DNA from: Polyangiaceae bacterium
Lineage (GTDB): Bacteria; Myxococcota_A; Polyangia; Polyangiales; Polyangiaceae
Direction: 5' to 3'
DNA length: 64,000 nt
Assembly (NCBI GenBank): GCA_044222475.1
Contig: JBGANF010000025.1
Location: forward strand, 13,773-77,772
Below are positions 13,361-23,369 of the stretch, one piece after another. The notes under the pieces were generated by a model. The model saw only the letters and a list, made by a program, of their open reading frames with translations. It was not told the DNA's origin and ran no database searches. How positions within the stretch are numbered: position 1 is the first letter of the stretch; every line of letters begins with the position of its first letter. Position numbers and translations under genes: made by a program.

Positions 13361-14790
13361 GGGTTCCCTGTCGACGTCGGCGCTGCGGACGCGCCTGGTT
13401 TCGCGGTCGCGCGCGGCCCCGTCTTCGGTGTGCTCTTCGGCGCCGCGGTGGCGCTGGGCAGCTGACCGATCGCGACCGCCGAGACCGCAGCCGGCGCGCC
13501 GGCTGTGACGGCGGCGGCCGTCGTCGTGGCGGGCGGAGCGACCGCCGTCGCCACCGACGTCGTGATCGCGTGATCGTTCGCCGGCGCGATCGGAAGCGCG
13601 GCGGCCGTCGCCGATGGCGTGCGTCCGTACTTGAGGAACGCACCCGCGCCGACGCCGCAGAGCACGACCAACGCGACCGCGACGAACGCAACGGTCCTGC
13701 GCCCCGACGCGCGACGGGCGGACGGCGCGGTGGGCGCCGTCGGCTCGGTGAGGATCGGCCTCGACGTCGTGAGCCGCGGGTCGAGCGTGTCCGGTGATGC
13801 GCTCTCGGTCGTCACGGCCAAGGCGGGCGGGGGCACGATCGGAGCGCCGGCGTGAACCACCGGCGCGGTGTCGGGTTGGGCGGCGACGAGCGTCACCGGA
13901 TCGGCGCCGCGGCGCAGATCGTCCATCGCCTGCCGCAGCGCGGCTTGCATCGAGCGCGCATCCGGAAAGCGCGCATCCATGTCGAACGCGAGCGCCCGAT
14001 CGACCACCTGAGCCAAGGTCGGCGGCACGTGAGGGGCGATGTCGCGGACCTTCGGAACCGGCTCCGTCATGGCGAGGAGGAGCTCTTCGTTGACGGTCTC
14101 AGCGCGACGCGGCCGCGAACCGGTGAGGAGCGCGAACAGCGTGGCGCCGACCGCCCAGATGTCGGTGCGCGCATCGACGACCTGCCAGCGACCGCGCGCT
14201 TGCTCCGGCGGCATGAACGCGGGCGTGCCGATCGCCGCGCCGGTCTGCGTCGCGGACACGTCGTTGTTGCCTTCGCGCAGGCGCGCGATGCCGAAGTCGA
14301 GGACCTTCACCTTGCCGTCGTGCGAGAGAAACAAGTTCGCCGGTTTGATGTCGCGGTGGATCACGCCCTTCGTGTGGGCGATGGCCAGCACGTCGAGCAC
14401 CTCGTCGCCGATGCGGCATACCTGATCGAGGGTGAGGCGCTCGGCGTTGGTCTTCGTGTGGCGCTCGAGCGAGTACCCGTCGAGGAGCTCCATGACGAGG
14501 AAGACGCTGCCATCCTCGGCGCGATCGTCGTCGAGGACCGACACGGCGCCGTCGTGCCCGAGCTTGTTGGCGACGTAGCCTTCTCGGAGGAACCGCGCGA
14601 CCAGCTCGTCGTTCGTGGAGTGCTCGTGGTGCAGGATCTTGATCGCCGCGCGCTTCCCGTTGCGGTGCGACGCAGCGTAGACCGCAGCCGTGCCTCCGAC
14701 GCCGAGCAAGGCGTCCAGCCGCCACTTGTCTTTCAGCAACGTCCCGACACGCGTGCGCGCGCGCGCCTGGAGTGAAGACGCACCAGCCAT
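13342..14790 (-). CDS. Membrane Ser/Thr protein kinase
   Basis: LGVGGTAAVY, AIK, HRDIKPAN, DFG and GTPAFMPPEQ; TM helix followed by an Ala/Thr/Pro tail. Confidence 0.9.
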   Translation of the reverse strand: MAGASSLQARARTRVGTLLKDKWRLDALLGVGGTAAVYAASHRNGKRAAIKILHHEHSTNDELVARFLREGYVANKLGHDGAVSVLDDDRAEDGSVFLVMELLDGYSLERHTKTNAERLTLDQVCRIGDEVLDVLAIAHTKGVIHRDIKPANLFLSHDGKVKVLDFGIARLREGNNDVSATQTGAAIGTPAFMPPEQARGRWQVVDARTDIWAVGATLFALLTGSRPRRAETVNEELLLAMTEPVPKVRDIAPHVPPTLAQVVDRALAFDMDARFPDARSMQAALRQAMDDLRRGADPVTLVAAQPDTAPVVHAGAPIVPPPALAVTTESASPDTLDPRLTTSRPILTEPTAPTAPSARRASGRRTVAFVAVALVVLCGVGAGAFLKYGRTPSATAAALPIAPANDHAITTSVATAVAPPATTTAAAVTAGAPAAVSAVAIGQLPSATAAPKSTPKTGPRATAKPGASAAPTSTGNPWDSRF

Positions 14791-14935
14791 CGAACCTCGA
14801 TCCTAGCAAATCGGCACGGAGAATCGGCCTCGGGGGTGCCCCATCGACCGTCGCAGCGAAGTCGATTTGTCACACTTTCGCGGGGTGAAACGCACATCGG
14901 CGCCGACGCGGCGATCGGCTCCGCATCGGTCGCAT

Positions 14936-15847
14936 TCACTCGATGAAGGTGGCTCCGCGCGCGTCCGACAGCGGGATCTGCAGGGGCTCGCCGTAGCTCG
15001 GGAGCGCGATCGTGGCACCCGGTGCGAAAGCCTTGGTCTCGGCGACGAAGCCGGGGAGGTCGACGCCAGGCAAGAGTCGAAGACCGTCCTCGAGCGGGCT
15101 GAAGAAGAGATCGTGATGGGTCGGCACGACGAGCTTCGGCTGCAGCGCGGACGTGAGTCGGCGCACGTAGTCGCGCGTTGCTCGTCGGCCGGCGAGCCCC
15201 ATGAGGATCACGTCGGCGCGCTCACCGGCGACCTCGGCGTCGATCAGGTCGGCGCTACCATTGTGGTACACGGTGGGGCCGCCGCGCGGGCGGAGCAGCA
15301 AGCCGAACGCGCCCCCCATGCGGTAGTGCCACATGCGCATCGGTCCACGCGGAGCCGCGCGAACCTCGCCGGGGAACGGAACTCGACCGAGGGCGATGCG
15401 TCCGTGCAGGCTCGGCACGAAGCGCACGTCGACGTCACCGACGGTGAACGACGCGCCGCTCGGGTCGACCTCGATGAGCTGCTCGCTCGACACTCCTTCG
15501 GCGCGCGCCACGTTGCACGTCGTGCGCGAGCCGGCGAGCTTCGCTCCGGTGAGGACCGCGATGCGCGGCGCGTCGAGCAGGTGATCGAAGTGGCTGTGAC
15601 CGCAGAGCACGGCGTCGACGTGCCGCGGGATCCACGCACGGATGGCGCGCTCGTCGGGCACGAGGCGATCCCGAGCGAGCGACCGGAAGCCAGGCCGCGT
15701 GAGGAACGGATCGAGCAGGATGGTCGTCGTCTCGGTCTGGACGACGTGACCCGCGGTGCCGAGCCAGGTGATGCGAAGCGCCTGATCGGGCGGAAGCGCC
15801 CGCGCGGTCGGACGATCGGTGGGAGGTCGCCTCGCACGCTGGGTCAC
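14936..15847 (-). CDS. MBL-fold metallo-hydrolase
   Basis: WLGTAG, DPFL, HSHFDH and PTHHD motifs. Confidence 0.85.
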   Translation of the reverse strand: MTQRARRPPTDRPTARALPPDQALRITWLGTAGHVVQTETTTILLDPFLTRPGFRSLARDRLVPDERAIRAWIPRHVDAVLCGHSHFDHLLDAPRIAVLTGAKLAGSRTTCNVARAEGVSSEQLIEVDPSGASFTVGDVDVRFVPSLHGRIALGRVPFPGEVRAAPRGPMRMWHYRMGGAFGLLLRPRGGPTVYHNGSADLIDAEVAGERADVILMGLAGRRATRDYVRRLTSALQPKLVVPTHHDLFFSPLEDGLRLLPGVDLPGFVAETKAFAPGATIALPSYGEPLQIPLSDARGATFIE

Positions 15848-16845
15848 AAGTCGTCGTGGAAGAGCGGCTCGCGATTGCGGACGTAGCGGTAGACGAGCTG
15901 GCGCGCCTCCGGCGTGATCGCGGTGAACTGAGCGCCGAAGCCGGGAGGCGCGTCGCCGCCTTGCTCGCGCGACCAGCGGACGACCGCGTTCGCTTCGAAC
16001 TCGTAGCCGCCGGGGAGCGACACCTTGAGGCGCACCGGCGTGCCGATCTTCGGGATCATGTACGTCGAGACGAAGAGCCCGCCGTGATCGATGATGTCGT
16101 TGCCGGACAGGCCCTTGTAGAAGTTCGTCGGCGAGTGGGCGCCGAGATCGGCCGACACGATCGGGTGATCGCCGGCGGCCGGCGGGGCCGGGGGGTTCTT
16201 CGAGTGCATCGGCTGCTGCTGCTGTTGCTGCTGCGGCGGCGGCGCGTACGGCTGCTGCGGTTGCCCGAAGGCCTGCCCGCTCGGCGGCATCGCCGTCGCC
16301 GCCATGGGCGAGCGCGCTCCGGACGAGCCGCCGAACGGATCACGCGCCGGCGCCGGGAACGCCGGCTGCTGCGCGACCGGCTGAGGCATCACCTGCTGCT
16401 GCTGCGCCTGGACGGGCGGCTGCCCCCACGCCTGCTGCTGCGGCGGCGGCTGCTGTTGCATGGGAGCGGTAGCGACCGGAGCCGCGGCGGGTGGGCGCGC
16501 GGCGGCGGCGGGTGCGCCAGCGCCTTGGGTGAGGCGATGAAGCGCGTGCACGAGGCTGAGCGATCCCGCGACCGCTTCCATCGCGGCGTTCACCGCGGGG
16601 TGCTGGATCTGCGCCGCTTGGAGCTGCGACAGGGCGCTGCGCACGTTGTTGAGCGCGGTCTCCGCGTGGGGCGAGAGGACGGTGCCGTTGCTCCGCTCGA
16701 TTTGGTGCAGCGCGCCCATCGCTTGGGCGATCGGCGTCGCGAGCTCGATGAGCTGCGGCGGTACGCTCGGATCGGACTGCAGTGCGGTGAGACCTCGGGC
16801 GAGAGATTCGCGCGCGGACTTTGCTGTCGTCGGGATGTCGGACAC
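15844..16845 (-). CDS. Q/P-rich protein with C-terminal TIGR02266/PilZ-like domain
   Basis: NFYKG...GGLFVST...GTPVRL...VVRW...PGFGAQF...REPLF C-terminal signature. Confidence 0.75.
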   Translation of the reverse strand: MSDIPTTAKSARESLARGLTALQSDPSVPPQLIELATPIAQAMGALHQIERSNGTVLSPHAETALNNVRSALSQLQAAQIQHPAVNAAMEAVAGSLSLVHALHRLTQGAGAPAAAARPPAAAPVATAPMQQQPPPQQQAWGQPPVQAQQQQVMPQPVAQQPAFPAPARDPFGGSSGARSPMAATAMPPSGQAFGQPQQPYAPPPQQQQQQQPMHSKNPPAPPAAGDHPIVSADLGAHSPTNFYKGLSGNDIIDHGGLFVSTYMIPKIGTPVRLKVSLPGGYEFEANAVVRWSREQGGDAPPGFGAQFTAITPEARQLVYRYVRNREPLFHDDL

Positions 16846-16872
16846 GGTGCAGCCTTCCTTTGAAGAGCGATG

Positions 16873-17802
16873 CTATGCGAGGCGCGCCGGTTTGGCCAAA
16901 CTGCTCGAACGAACAGGGTTTTCCCCGCTCATTTTCTCGACCAGCCTCCGCAGCGAGGCCTCGTCGAGCGTCGATTCGTCGTCCTCGCGCCGCGCGGCGA
17001 GCAGCCGAACCGCACCGGTGCCCGCGCGAACGACGACCGCGCCGTCGGCTCGAATCGCCGCTTCTCCCGGCGCCAGCGCGAGGGGAAAACGGTCCGTCGC
17101 CTCGGCGTCGGTCACGACGAGGGTCTCGCCGCCGAGCTCGGTGAAGGCACCCGGCCACGGTGAAGCAGCGCGGATGCGGCGCACGAGGCGGTCGGCCGAC
17201 CATCGCCAGCGGAGCTCGAGGTCGTCGTCGGTGGGGGACGGCGCTTCGGTGACCCCGCGCTTCGGCTGAGCCACGGGCTTCGGCGGCGTACCATTTTGGT
17301 ACTTCGAGACGATCTCCCGGAGCAGCGTGAGCGACGGGCGGTCGAGCTTCTTCGCGAGGGTCCAGGAGCTCCAGGTGGGCTCGATGCGAAGCTTCTTCCG
17401 GCCCAAGACCGCGCCGGTGTCGTACTCGCGGTCCAACACGTGCGCGGTGACGCCGGTCTCGCGATCGCCGCGGTCGATCGCCCAGAAGTAGGGGTCCGGG
17501 CCGCGATGGCGGGGGAGGAGCGAGGGATGCACCCCGATCGCCGGAGCGATGGCGAGGACGCTCTTGGGCAGCCGCTTCGTCCAGAACCAGCTGACGATCA
17601 GATCCGGCTTCGCCGCGCGCACGCGCGCGACGGCGGCGCGATCGCTCAGGTCGGGGACCATCCGAACGACGCGGCCGAGGACGCGGCGAACGCGACGAAC
17701 GCCGAGAGCCTCGCGACGGCAGATCCCCGCATAGACGATGCGATGCCCGTCGTGGTGGAGGAGAAGAGCGGCGAGGGGCAAGCCGAAGAAGGCGACTCTC
17801 AC
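16873..17802 (-). CDS. Formyltransferase (Fmt-like)
   Basis: MRVAFFG, HPSLLPRHRGPDP, TGVT.H.L...YDTG and IRAASPWPGA. Confidence 0.8.
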   Translation of the reverse strand: MRVAFFGLPLAALLLHHDGHRIVYAGICRREALGVRRVRRVLGRVVRMVPDLSDRAAVARVRAAKPDLIVSWFWTKRLPKSVLAIAPAIGVHPSLLPRHRGPDPYFWAIDRGDRETGVTAHVLDREYDTGAVLGRKKLRIEPTWSSWTLAKKLDRPSLTLLREIVSKYQNGTPPKPVAQPKRGVTEAPSPTDDDLELRWRWSADRLVRRIRAASPWPGAFTELGGETLVVTDAEATDRFPLALAPGEAAIRADGAVVVRAGTGAVRLLAARREDDESTLDEASLRRLVEKMSGENPVRSSSLAKPARLA

Positions 17803-17833
17803 GGCCTACCCGCCGCACGTGCCGAGAGAATGA

Positions 17834-17950
17834 ACAGGAAGGGCGGAAGCGCGGAAGGATTGGGGGTTGATCGTGATTGCGAGCCCGTCGCCTCGACGCT
17901 GGCGTTGCCGAAACACCCCCAAAATCCTTCCGTCCTCCCGCCCTTCCTGT
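17834..17950. repeat. Intergenic long imperfect inverted repeat (REP-like)
   Basis: acaggaagggcgg...ggaaggattggggg pairs with cccccaaaatccttcc...ccgcccttcctgt. Confidence 0.7.
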
Positions 17951-17971
17951 CCAAATCTCTCGAGGGCGACG

Positions 17972-19081
17972 TCAGGTGACGGGACCGTTCAGGACACCCG
18001 TCACCGGCTCTTCTCCGAGCTGACGGAGGAGGGCGTTGCGGGCGGCGTGCTCCACGAGGCCCCAGAGCTGCGCGCGGTCGGTGCTGCGTCCCAGGAAGCC
18101 GATCGGGATGCGGAAGCCTCCCTTGTCTCGACGGCCTCCACCGAACGCGCGGCCCTTGTCGTCGAAGCCGAACGCTCCTTCGAGCCACGCCGCGGGGTCG
18201 ACGCTGGCCGAGTGGGTGCGCAGCGAGCCCTCGATGAACTTGTCGCCGACGACACCGTAGACGACGACGGTGTCGATGTCTTCGCGGCGGATCAGGAAGT
18301 CCGCCGCTTGGGCGATCGTGTCGCGCTCGCCGTCGGGCACGAAGCCGACGCCGGCCATCGCGAAGTTGCGGCGCACGAACAGGGTCGCGAGGGCGCGCGC
18401 GATGACGTCCATCGCGCTCGGCGCGATGAGGTGGCGGCTCAGGTCCTGGAGGAGGTCGCGGTCGAGGATCTCGGAGATGGTCGCGGCGGCGCGGAAGTCG
18501 AGCGCGCGGGCCAGGGTGAAGTCGTCGGTGTCGGTGGAGAGGCCGTGCATCAGCGCGGTCGCGATGCGGCGGTCGTCCTCGGAGTCGGCGGTGAGCGGCG
18601 CGAGCGCGTTGAGGTACTCCACGAAGATGGTCGCCGTCGCGCCGACGTCCAGCCGGAGGTCGACGAAGCGCGCCTTGGGCGCGGTCGTCGCGCGGTGGTG
18701 ATCGACGATGGTGAGGATCTCGATGTTCTGCGCGTCGGCGAGATCGGGATCGAGATCGTGCGCGTCGACGAGACCGAGGAAGTCGACGCCTTCGACCTCC
18801 TTGACGCTCTTGATCTTGCGGAGCTCCAGGTTGAGGAGCTTCACGAGCGCGCGGTTCTCGCGGTGGGACAGATCGTGCGTGTAGCCGACGACCGTGCGCG
18901 CGACCCCGAGGCGCTGGGCGAGGTGAGCCTGGGCGATGGCGCTCGCGATCCCGTCGGGATCGGGATGGCCACGCAGAGGGAGGAGGAGCGTCTTGCCCTT
19001 CGCCGGGGCGAGCGCCTCGGCGAACCCGTGGGCGCGATCGAGAGGCTGAGTCGTGGTGAGTCGGCGGACGGCTTCGGACAT
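17972..19081 (-). CDS. DHH/DHHA1 phosphoesterase (NrnA-like)
   Basis: HPDPDGIAS, LVD, VDHH and TDT motifs; GSLR and GGG in the C-terminal domain. Confidence 0.85.
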   Translation of the reverse strand: MSEAVRRLTTTQPLDRAHGFAEALAPAKGKTLLLPLRGHPDPDGIASAIAQAHLAQRLGVARTVVGYTHDLSHRENRALVKLLNLELRKIKSVKEVEGVDFLGLVDAHDLDPDLADAQNIEILTIVDHHRATTAPKARFVDLRLDVGATATIFVEYLNALAPLTADSEDDRRIATALMHGLSTDTDDFTLARALDFRAAATISEILDRDLLQDLSRHLIAPSAMDVIARALATLFVRRNFAMAGVGFVPDGERDTIAQAADFLIRREDIDTVVVYGVVGDKFIEGSLRTHSASVDPAAWLEGAFGFDDKGRAFGGGRRDKGGFRIPIGFLGRSTDRAQLWGLVEHAARNALLRQLGEEPVTGVLNGPVT

Positions 19082-19203
19082 CGTGGTTGCGTATTGTGGC
19101 TCCAATTCGGAGTCGCCGTCGAGTCTGCGGGGAATGGCGTTACGCATGCATCGGGCGTGCCCTTTTGGATCTAGGCGCATCCGTTGTAGTTTCCGGGGTA
19201 CGC

Positions 19204-20955
19204 ATGGCAGCTCGGCCGATCCTCCGAAGCCTCAGGAGCACGATGTCCGTCGTGCTGCCCGCGCTTCTGGTCGCGCTCCCTCCGCTCGCGTGGATCCGCG
19301 AAGCGACGTACCGCGCATCGCTCACGACGCTCGGCCGCGACCAAGGGATCTTCCAGTACGTCGCGTGGGCGATCATGAAGGGCGACGTCGACTACCGCGA
19401 CGTGCGCGACGTGAACGGTCCTCTCACGCACCTCGTGCACATGCTCTTCCTCGCGCTCGGAGGGCGCGACGAGCATCGGTTCCGCGTGCTCGATCTCGCG
19501 TTCACCGGAGTGTCGTTCGCGATCGTGGGGGCGTGCCTTCCCGGCATCGCGCGCGGCGTGCGCGGCAGCGTTCGCCCCACGACCCATCCGTTCGAGCGCC
19601 TCGCGTGGGCGTTCGCCGCGTGGGTCGCGCTCTCGGCGCAGCACCTCATGTACCTCTACTGGGACCTCGCCCAGCGAGAGAGCTTCTTCGACTGGTTCCT
19701 TCTCCCGGCGCTCGGGCTCCAGCTCGTCGCCCAAGACAAGCTCCGCGGTGCGCGCGGTGGAGCGGCGCTGCTCGTGTGCGCCGGCGCGCTGTCGGCGATC
19801 CCGTGGTTCGGCAAGCCGACCTACGTCGCGTTCACCGCGGCGCAGGTGCTCGCGCTGCTGATCGATCGAGGCCTGCGCCTCTCGTGGAAGGCGCGGCTCG
19901 GGCTGTTCGCCGGCGGCGCGGCGATCGGCGCCGCGACGCAGCTCGCGTTCCTCGGGATCTACGGCGACATCGGCGCGTTCCTACGGATCTCGATCCACGA
20001 CGTCCCGGCGATGTACCGGTTCATGATGCCCCGCACCCCGTCCGAGATCATCGGTCTGAGCTGGGGCGGCGTCACCAGCGGACTGTCGATGGTCTCGAGC
20101 CTCGTTCTGCTCGCGCTGATCGTCGACGGCCAGGTCCCGCGCCGCGCGACCGCGATCGCGCTCACGCCCCCCCTCGGCCTGCTCAGCGTCGTCGCGCAAG
20201 GAAAGGGGTTTCCGTACCACTTCCACCCGGTGAGCGCGGGGCTCATGCTCGTGTGGCTCGTCCTCGTGATGTGGGCGGTCGAGCGGTTCGGGTCGCGCCG
20301 CGGTTTCGTCCACCGCCTCGTGCCGTTCGTCGCGGCGGGGGCGCTCGCGTGGCGGATCGTCGCGATCGAGCCGGCGTCGCCTCACCTCGTGAGCCCGTGG
20401 ATCCTCGACAAGGGCAGCACCGCCGAGAAGCGCGCCGGGCAGGACTACCTCGTCTACTTCAAGGGGCCCGACTTCTTCCCGTGGGAGATGCGCGAGGCGG
20501 CGGCCTACCTCCGCGAGCACACCTCTCCGGACGACAAGGTGCAGTCCTACTCGATGGACCCGTACATCCTCTTCCTCGCCGAGCGGCGCAGCGCGACACC
20601 GTACATCTACGCGTACGATCTCAACGCCGACGGCGCGCTCGCGGGATCGTGGATGCCCGAGGGCCTGCACCCGACCGACGCCCAGGCCGCGGTCATCCGA
20701 TCGATGCGGGACGACCACGAGAAGGACATGATGGCCCAGCTCGAGAAAGACCCGCCGGCCGCGTTCGTGTTCATCGACAAAGCACCCCTCATGACCTGGC
20801 AGGACTCGTTCTACGACTTCAAGCAGCACAACCCGATCGCCGGTCCCTGGGTCGAGGAGCGCTACACCGAGACGGCGTCGTTCGGCGAAGCCCGCGTTTT
20901 CCTTAGGAATGATCGGGCGAAAGCCGTCACACAGACTTTGCCGTCACCCCCCTGA
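19204..20955 (+). CDS. Multi-pass membrane protein, GT-C glycosyltransferase-like
   Basis: Many TM helices; early loop RDQGIFQY...YRDVRDVNGP; soluble C-terminal domain. Confidence 0.55.
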   Translation: MAARPILRSLRSTMSVVLPALLVALPPLAWIREATYRASLTTLGRDQGIFQYVAWAIMKGDVDYRDVRDVNGPLTHLVHMLFLALGGRDEHRFRVLDLAFTGVSFAIVGACLPGIARGVRGSVRPTTHPFERLAWAFAAWVALSAQHLMYLYWDLAQRESFFDWFLLPALGLQLVAQDKLRGARGGAALLVCAGALSAIPWFGKPTYVAFTAAQVLALLIDRGLRLSWKARLGLFAGGAAIGAATQLAFLGIYGDIGAFLRISIHDVPAMYRFMMPRTPSEIIGLSWGGVTSGLSMVSSLVLLALIVDGQVPRRATAIALTPPLGLLSVVAQGKGFPYHFHPVSAGLMLVWLVLVMWAVERFGSRRGFVHRLVPFVAAGALAWRIVAIEPASPHLVSPWILDKGSTAEKRAGQDYLVYFKGPDFFPWEMREAAAYLREHTSPDDKVQSYSMDPYILFLAERRSATPYIYAYDLNADGALAGSWMPEGLHPTDAQAAVIRSMRDDHEKDMMAQLEKDPPAAFVFIDKAPLMTWQDSFYDFKQHNPIAGPWVEERYTETASFGEARVFLRNDRAKAVTQTLPSPP

Positions 20956-20999
20956 CCGGTGAGCTACACTGCCCCCTCCCCGCCGTCTCGGGGCCCCCC

Positions 21000-23274
21000 A
21001 TGGAACCCCCGCAAGCGCCCACGTCCCAGAGTCAGCTGACGCCGAACCCGCACAGCGTCGTGCCGACGTCCCAGAACGGCCAGAACGGCGCTGGCGTTGT
21101 GGAGCCCGACCTCCGCGCGCCGAACCTCTACCTGAACCGGGAGCTCTCGTGGCTCGAGTTCAACGGGCGCGTCCTCGCCGAGGCCGAAAACGAGTCGGTT
21201 CCGCTGCTCGAGCGCCTCAAGTTCCTCGCCATCGTCGCTTCGAACCTCGACGAGTTCTTCATGGTGCGCGTCGCCGGGCTCAAGCAGCAGCTCACCGGCG
21301 AGGTCAGCGAGCTCGGGCCCGACGGGATGACCCCGGCCGAGGCGTTGAGCGCCATCGCCGAGCGCGTGCATCAGCTCGTCGAGGCGCAGGCGAAGTGCCT
21401 CGAGAACATCGTTCCGCAGCTCGCCAACAACGGGATTCTGCTCGTGAAACCGGAGCAGCTCGACGAGGCCGAGCTGCGGACGCTCGACGCCCGGTTCGAG
21501 AGCGAGATCTTCCCGATCCTCACGCCGATCGCCATCGACCCGGGTCACCCGTTCCCTCACCTCCGCAACAAGGCCCTGAACCTCGGCGTCATGTTCGATC
21601 GCGACGGCGGCGGCGAGTCGGCGTTCGGTGTCGTGCAGGTGCCGATGATGATCCCGCGCCTCATGGAGGTGTCGGGCGTCCGCACGCCGGACGGCCAGCC
21701 GGCGCGGCACGCGTTCGTCCTCGTCGAAGAGGTCATTGCGCGGCACGTCGGCGCGATCTTCCCGGGAGTGCGCTTGCGCGGCGTCTACGGGTTCCGCGTG
21801 ACGCGCAACTTCGACATGGAGATCGACGAGGAAGAGGCGCAGGACCTCCTCCAGACGATCCAAGGAGCTCCGCCGGCGCGAGCGCGGAAACGCAGTCCGC
21901 CTCGAGGTCACCGGCGACGCGACGCCGTCGTCGCTCGCGAAGCTCGTCAAAGCGCTCAAGCTCGACCCCGATCGCGACGTGTACATCACGCGCGGCGTCC
22001 TCAACGTCGCCGACGTCATGCAGCTCGCGACCACCGGCGAGCGGCGCGACCTGCGCGACGAGCCGTTCGCGCCGCTGCAGGTGCCACCGCTGCGCGAGGC
22101 CGACGATCCGTTCGCGATCATCCGCGAGCAGGACGTCCTGATTCACCAGCCGTACGAGAGCTTCGAGCACGTCGTCGACTTCATCGCGCGCGCCGCCGAC
22201 GATCCCGACGTCCTTGCCATCAAGCAGACGCTCTACCGCGCCGGCGGCGACAGCCCGATCGTGAAGGCGCTCGCCCGCGCGGCCGAAGCCGGCAAGCAGG
22301 TCACCGCGATCGTCGAGCTCAAGGCGCGGTTCGACGAAGAGTCGAACATCCAGTGGGCGCGCACCCTGGAGCAGAGCGGCGTCAACGTGGTGTACGGCTT
22401 GTTGGGGCTGAAGACGCACGCGAAGTGCTCGCTGGTGATCCGTCGCGAGAAGGGCAAGCTGCGGCGCTACGTCCACCTGTCGACCGGCAACTACAACCCG
22501 ACGACGGCCCGCTTCTACACGGACATCTCGTATTTGACGTGCCGCGAGGCGATCGGCGAGGACGCGTCGTCGCTGTTCAACCTGCTGACCGGTTACAGCG
22601 CGCCGCCGAAGTGGAAGTCGCTCATCGTCGCGCCGCTCGGCCTGCACGAGGCGGTGCTCGGGCTCATCGCGCGCGAGGCCGATCACGCGCGCAACGGTCG
22701 CCCGGCGAAGATCGTCGCGAAGATGAACGCCCTCGTCGACGAGGACGTGATCGAGGCGCTCTACCGCGCGTCCCAGGCGGGCGTGGCCGTTACCCTTTTG
22801 GTACGAGGCATCTGCTGCTTGCGACCGGGGGTCCCGGGAGTGAGCGACAACATCGAGGTGCACGCGCTGGTCGACCGCTTCCTCGAGCACGGGCGCGTGT
22901 TCTCGTTCGCGAACGGCGGCAAGTCCGAGGTGTTCATCGCCAGCGCCGACTGGATGCCGCGAAACTTCCACCGCCGGGTGGAGCTCATGATCCCGATCGA
23001 GGACGCGAACCTCAAGGCGCGACTGACCGGGATCCTCGAGATCGAGGCGCAAGACTCGACGAAGGCGTGGCGCCTCCTGAGTGACGGTCGCTACGAGCGC
23101 GCGACGCCGCAGAACGGTGCGCCTGCCGTGCGAGCCCAGCAGCGCTTCATGGAGCTCGCGCGCGAGAAGGTGAAGGTCTTCGAGGCGAGCCAGCGGACGT
23201 CGGGTCGGTTCCAGCTGGCGCGCCCGCAGGTCCCGAAGCCCGAGCGGCGACCGCGGCCCGCGAAGAAACCCTGA
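21000..23274 (+). pseudogene. ppk1: Polyphosphate kinase 1, frameshifted near 21861
   Basis: NRELSWL.FN.RVL and SNLDEFFMVRVAG lie in one frame; ELKARFDEE.NI, KTHAK, TGNYN, RFLEH and SADWM.RN lie in another. Confidence 0.9.
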
Positions 23275-23369
23275 TCGAGCGCCTCTGATGTTCGCGTCGC
23301 GCGTTCGGAATTGAACACGGAGCGCACTCGCCAGCCGAACCACCAAACCCAGAAAATCTTCCGTGCGGG

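Noticed and set aside
21865..23084. C-terminal half of the 694-aa ORF as a novel domain
   Set aside because: It is out-of-frame read-through after the ppk1 frameshift.
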